From Promethearchaeota archaeon (lineage in GTDB: Archaea > Asgardarchaeota > Lokiarchaeia > Sigyniarchaeales > SOKP01), in the NCBI GenBank assembly GCA_016839765.1, contig JAEOTP010000093.1, forward strand, positions 1 to 19,489: DNA of 19,489 nucleotides, read 5' to 3'. The translations under genes and the position numbers were made by a program. Shown here in pieces: positions 16,176 through 19,489 of this stretch. The notes beneath the pieces are model-generated. The model was not told the origin of the DNA and did not search any database. It was given only the letters and a program-made list of their open reading frames with translations. Each line of letters starts with the position of its first letter. Position 1 is the first letter of the stretch.

Positions 16176-17099
16176 ATGAATTTAGAAGTATATGAAATTC
16201 TTATTTTAATAACTATTGGTGCTCTGGTTGGTATTGGTATGAGCTTTATGGGTCAAACAGGGCAAGGACTTGTTATGCCTATAATTCTCATGTTAACTGG
16301 AGATGCGTTTTTAGCGATTTCTGTAAACCTATTAAATGATCTAATAGCTGCAGTAGCAGTAAGCATGGGATATATTAGAAAAGGAGAGTACAAACTTCAG
16401 GTTAACACTTTAATTGTAATCATACTAGCACTTGTTTTTGCATGTATAGGTGTTTATATTTTAATGGTAACTCCATTGGAGAGTATATACGGATGGTTTA
16501 TTCCCGCTTTCATAATATGCTTAGGTTTAGTATTCATTAAAAGTGGATATGCATCTACAGAGCGATTAAAAACAATCCTTAGAAACATTTATAATAGATT
16601 TCTGAAGAGTAATGAAGAAGAAGCAACTCTCATTGATATAGATCGAAATAACAACGATGATGAGATTGCTAAGAATAATGAAATACAAGAAGTTATTCCT
16701 TATGGCTCAAAATTATTTTACATAATTGCTATTGTTTTTGGCTTTTTCTTGGGCATGAATTCTGGACTGTTTGGTGCTAATTCTGGAATGATTATTGTTT
16801 TAGCCCTTATAATCCTTTATGGCTATCCAATTAAAAAAAGTATTGGTACAGCTCTCATATTAAGCATTATTGTTAGCATGTTAACTTTTACGCTATATCA
16901 AATTTTTGGAATCTTAGTAAAAGGCACTTATTATTTCAATCTAGAAATCTCAGTTTTCCTAGCATGTGGTTCAATTATTACTGGATTGTTAGCTTCAACA
17001 TATATTCAACGCTTATCTGCTAAAACAATGGGAAGAGCAATGGGCATTGTGATGGTTATTTTAGGAACAATAGCTTTAACTTTTTATTTTATCACTTAA
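16176..17099 (+). CDS. TauE/SafE (TSUP) family sulfite/organosulfur exporter-like membrane protein
   Basis: About 8 TM helices in two related halves with Gly-rich motifs GALVGIGMSFMGQTGQGLVMP and GFFLGMNSGLFGANSGMIIV, plus IKKSIGTAL; adjacent to a sulfatase. Confidence 0.85.
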   Translation: MNLEVYEILILITIGALVGIGMSFMGQTGQGLVMPIILMLTGDAFLAISVNLLNDLIAAVAVSMGYIRKGEYKLQVNTLIVIILALVFACIGVYILMVTPLESIYGWFIPAFIICLGLVFIKSGYASTERLKTILRNIYNRFLKSNEEEATLIDIDRNNNDDEIAKNNEIQEVIPYGSKLFYIIAIVFGFFLGMNSGLFGANSGMIIVLALIILYGYPIKKSIGTALILSIIVSMLTFTLYQIFGILVKGTYYFNLEISVFLACGSIITGLLASTYIQRLSAKTMGRAMGIVMVILGTIALTFYFIT

Positions 17100-17232
17100 A
17101 ATAACTGGAAAATGTTAATTAAAAAAGTAAGAACCTCAAAATTTTTCATAAATATTTTTATATATTTATAAAAAATAAGACAAAAACTTTTTTATAATCA
17201 GAAGACGATTAGATTATCAAATAATAAATAAG

Positions 17233-19489
17233 ATGAATATGGGTCAAGGATTGCATAAAAAAGGAACAATAATTATATATTTGTTACTGTCGGTTTTATC
17301 TATTAGTTTAATTTATCAGAGTAGATTTATTAAGGCTCAAGGAAATGGCTTATCTTTAACTATTCAAAAAAGTTTTGAAATGACAGAATATTCTGTCTTA
17401 GAAGGATTAAATCAGAGTGTAGATTCAATAAGCTTTCAGTTACCTTCCTCCTCATGGACTATTGATGATATTCAACTAAATTTCAGTGATATAGAACACG
17501 GAATAGATCTAATAACAATTGAAGATAATCTGCATAATACATATAAAAGAGTCCATAATAAAAATCCCGCTCAATACATTTTTGGTCAAGCGGTTCAAAT
17601 AAAACTTGATTATCCTACAAATATATCTGGAGTTTATATTTTCGGTAAGGTAAATGGATCTCATCCCGGTATCCCTCAAATACAAATTAGAGGTTATGAT
17701 ACTACTAATAATAATCCAAATACTACAATCTATGGATCAACAAATTTAAACATCACTTCTACTCCAGGTTGGTATTTTCAGAATTTTTCTACTCCTATCT
17801 CATTAAATAAAGGAAATTATTATTTAGTTCTAAATGGGTCTTTACTGCCATTATATTCTACTGTACTAGGAGCAGGATTTTGGTGGGCATATAATGATTT
17901 TGACCCTTTAAATCCGCAATTAAAAACTTCGGAATATAATGAATCTGATCAATGGAGCATTGGAAGTTCTGGAGCTCCATTCTTATATAAACTCGTTCAA
18001 AAATTAAACCTCCCATTCTATCCAGAAAGTAATAATATGACTGTAAAAATTAATATTAACCATTACAATGTTATGAATGGTAGTTCTATGGGTGATGGTT
18101 ATTTAAATCAAACTAATTTAGATTACACACCTGGAACTAATAGTTTTACATTAAATGTATATAACAATAAATCTGAGAATCTAATTTTTAATGTGAGTTA
18201 TAAAATACATATTAGTAACATTATATTATCTACCGCTTCAGTTTCTATTAAAGGAAATATTAGTAATGATTGGACACTCACACCAACTATTTTAAGACAT
18301 TCTTATAATGATTTAGTTGAATTTAATTATCCTATGAGTTGGGAAAATTTAACTATTTATAGAGATGAGCAGGATATAACTTCAAATATAACAATAGATT
18401 CAATTAAAAGAATTATTATCATACCAAATATTATGATTATTCAAGGCGCAGAATGGGAGATAAAAGCTCACTCTCCTAACATTTTATTTGGTCTAAATAC
18501 GCCAAAAACAGAATTTAATTTAGGTCAGGAATTACGTTTTTCTTTGGAAGAACCTATAATTCCTGGTAATTACACATTTATTTTAATTGATTCTGCTGAC
18601 ACTGAGGAAACTAGAATTAAAAAAGTTATTCCAATTGATGATAATGTATTTTCTTATGAACTTCCCTTAACTTCTCCTGATGGAACATACATGGCATATG
18701 TATTTTGGAATAATGAAACTGATGCTGGTGCTCAATCACAAGAGTTTCTAATTTCTATTCCAAATTCGGGACAACCTCTAGATTTATCGATGCTAATAAC
18801 GATTGTTATTATCTTAGTAGTTGGTCTTGTTTCTGGTATTTCAATTTATATTGGAGTGAAACATATTATTAAAAAACGCAGATACGACATGGAGAGGCTT
18901 CTTAATAAATGCATTGATATTTTAAACTTAAATTATTTAATTGTTACTGATAATAAATCTGGATTAGATGTATATACTGAGTCTTATGGAGATAAAAAAT
19001 TAGATTCCACCTTAATATCTGGGTTTTTACAAGCTGTGCGAGAATTTGGTTCACATGTTGCTGAAAAAGATACAAGAATAGTTAAACTAGATTATAAGGA
19101 CACTATTATCTTAATGAAAGAATTTGTTAATATCAGATTAATTTTAAATATGAAAGACACTCCCTCGGAAGACTTTATTTATTCAGTCGAATCATTAGCT
19201 TACGAGATTTACAAAAGATATGGAGATCAGATTGAAAATTTTAGAGGCGGTCTTAAACAGTTCAGTGGTATAAAGGAATTAATCGATAAACATCTAAATG
19301 TATCGTTTCTATTGCCTTTCAAGGTTGTTGAGAATCCTATTATTAAACTATCTCCTTCAGAAAAAGCAATGGTAAATAAAGCCATACAATTTGTAAAAGA
19401 TCATAAATTTGATTACTTCTATTCATTATATTTATTACCTGCAAATGAATGTACTCCTAAGGATGCTGAAACTATATTAAATTTAATAG
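17233..19489 (+). CDS. Third, more divergent paralog of the membrane longin protein (752 codons visible, truncated about 9 codons before its expected end)
   Basis: My frame-1 translation is open from ATG 17233 to the window end: MNMGQGLHKKGTIIIYLLLSVL..IKAQ..LPSSSW..QLNFS..QIRGY..PGWYFQNF..KGNYYLVL..GQELRF..TM(18793-18858)..NKCIDILNLNY..LDSTLISGFLQAVREFG..KHLNVSFL..SPSEK..ECTPKDAETILNLI. Not in the ORF track. Confidence 0.92.
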   Translation, partial: MNMGQGLHKKGTIIIYLLLSVLSISLIYQSRFIKAQGNGLSLTIQKSFEMTEYSVLEGLNQSVDSISFQLPSSSWTIDDIQLNFSDIEHGIDLITIEDNLHNTYKRVHNKNPAQYIFGQAVQIKLDYPTNISGVYIFGKVNGSHPGIPQIQIRGYDTTNNNPNTTIYGSTNLNITSTPGWYFQNFSTPISLNKGNYYLVLNGSLLPLYSTVLGAGFWWAYNDFDPLNPQLKTSEYNESDQWSIGSSGAPFLYKLVQKLNLPFYPESNNMTVKININHYNVMNGSSMGDGYLNQTNLDYTPGTNSFTLNVYNNKSENLIFNVSYKIHISNIILSTASVSIKGNISNDWTLTPTILRHSYNDLVEFNYPMSWENLTIYRDEQDITSNITIDSIKRIIIIPNIMIIQGAEWEIKAHSPNILFGLNTPKTEFNLGQELRFSLEEPIIPGNYTFILIDSADTEETRIKKVIPIDDNVFSYELPLTSPDGTYMAYVFWNNETDAGAQSQEFLISIPNSGQPLDLSMLITIVIILVVGLVSGISIYIGVKHIIKKRRYDMERLLNKCIDILNLNYLIVTDNKSGLDVYTESYGDKKLDSTLISGFLQAVREFGSHVAEKDTRIVKLDYKDTIILMKEFVNIRLILNMKDTPSEDFIYSVESLAYEIYKRYGDQIENFRGGLKQFSGIKELIDKHLNVSFLLPFKVVENPIIKLSPSEKAMVNKAIQFVKDHKFDYFYSLYLLPANECTPKDAETILNLI

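Noticed and set aside
1-17099. All complete genes end in TAA (possible stop-codon reassignment or Sec/Pyl usage)
   Set aside because: Explained by AT richness; no gene shows an in-frame TGA or TAG interruption, and no SECIS-like hairpin was seen.
1-19489. CRISPR arrays, tRNA/rRNA genes, IS elements
   Set aside because: No regularly spaced repeats, GC-rich structured RNA segments, transposase ORFs or terminal inverted repeats were seen.

Overview
Very AT-rich archaeal window, most likely Asgard (Lokiarchaeia-like). This is inferred from longin-fold domains with the 'LISGFLxA' helix, archaeal TATA/BRE promoters, GGTGA/GAGG ribosome-binding sites and an N-glycosylation-rich surface-protein family. 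Left half: a truncated unknown ORF, a divergent maltokinase/Pep2-like kinase, a His-motif membrane protein, a small membrane protein, a TPR protein, a GH57 alpha-amylase/4-alpha-glucanotransferase, an unannotated 47-aa basic ORF, pcm, a U32/TrhP-like Fe-S protein and an iron-sulfur flavoprotein. Right half: three paralogous ~750-aa single-pass membrane proteins. The third (17233..>19489) is missing from the ORF track because it runs off the window. Each has a signal peptide, a Cys-free sequon-dense beta-rich ectodomain, one TM helix, a cytoplasmic longin-like domain and a C-terminal winged-helix-like domain, which is a receptor-like layout. A sulfatase + TauE/SafE pair lies between copies 2 and 3. 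A 14-codon relic of the flavoprotein 3' end sits upstream of copy 2 and marks the duplication boundary; its substitutions are mostly at third codon positions. All identities and counts are by-eye alignments and all domain calls are motif recognition, not database results.
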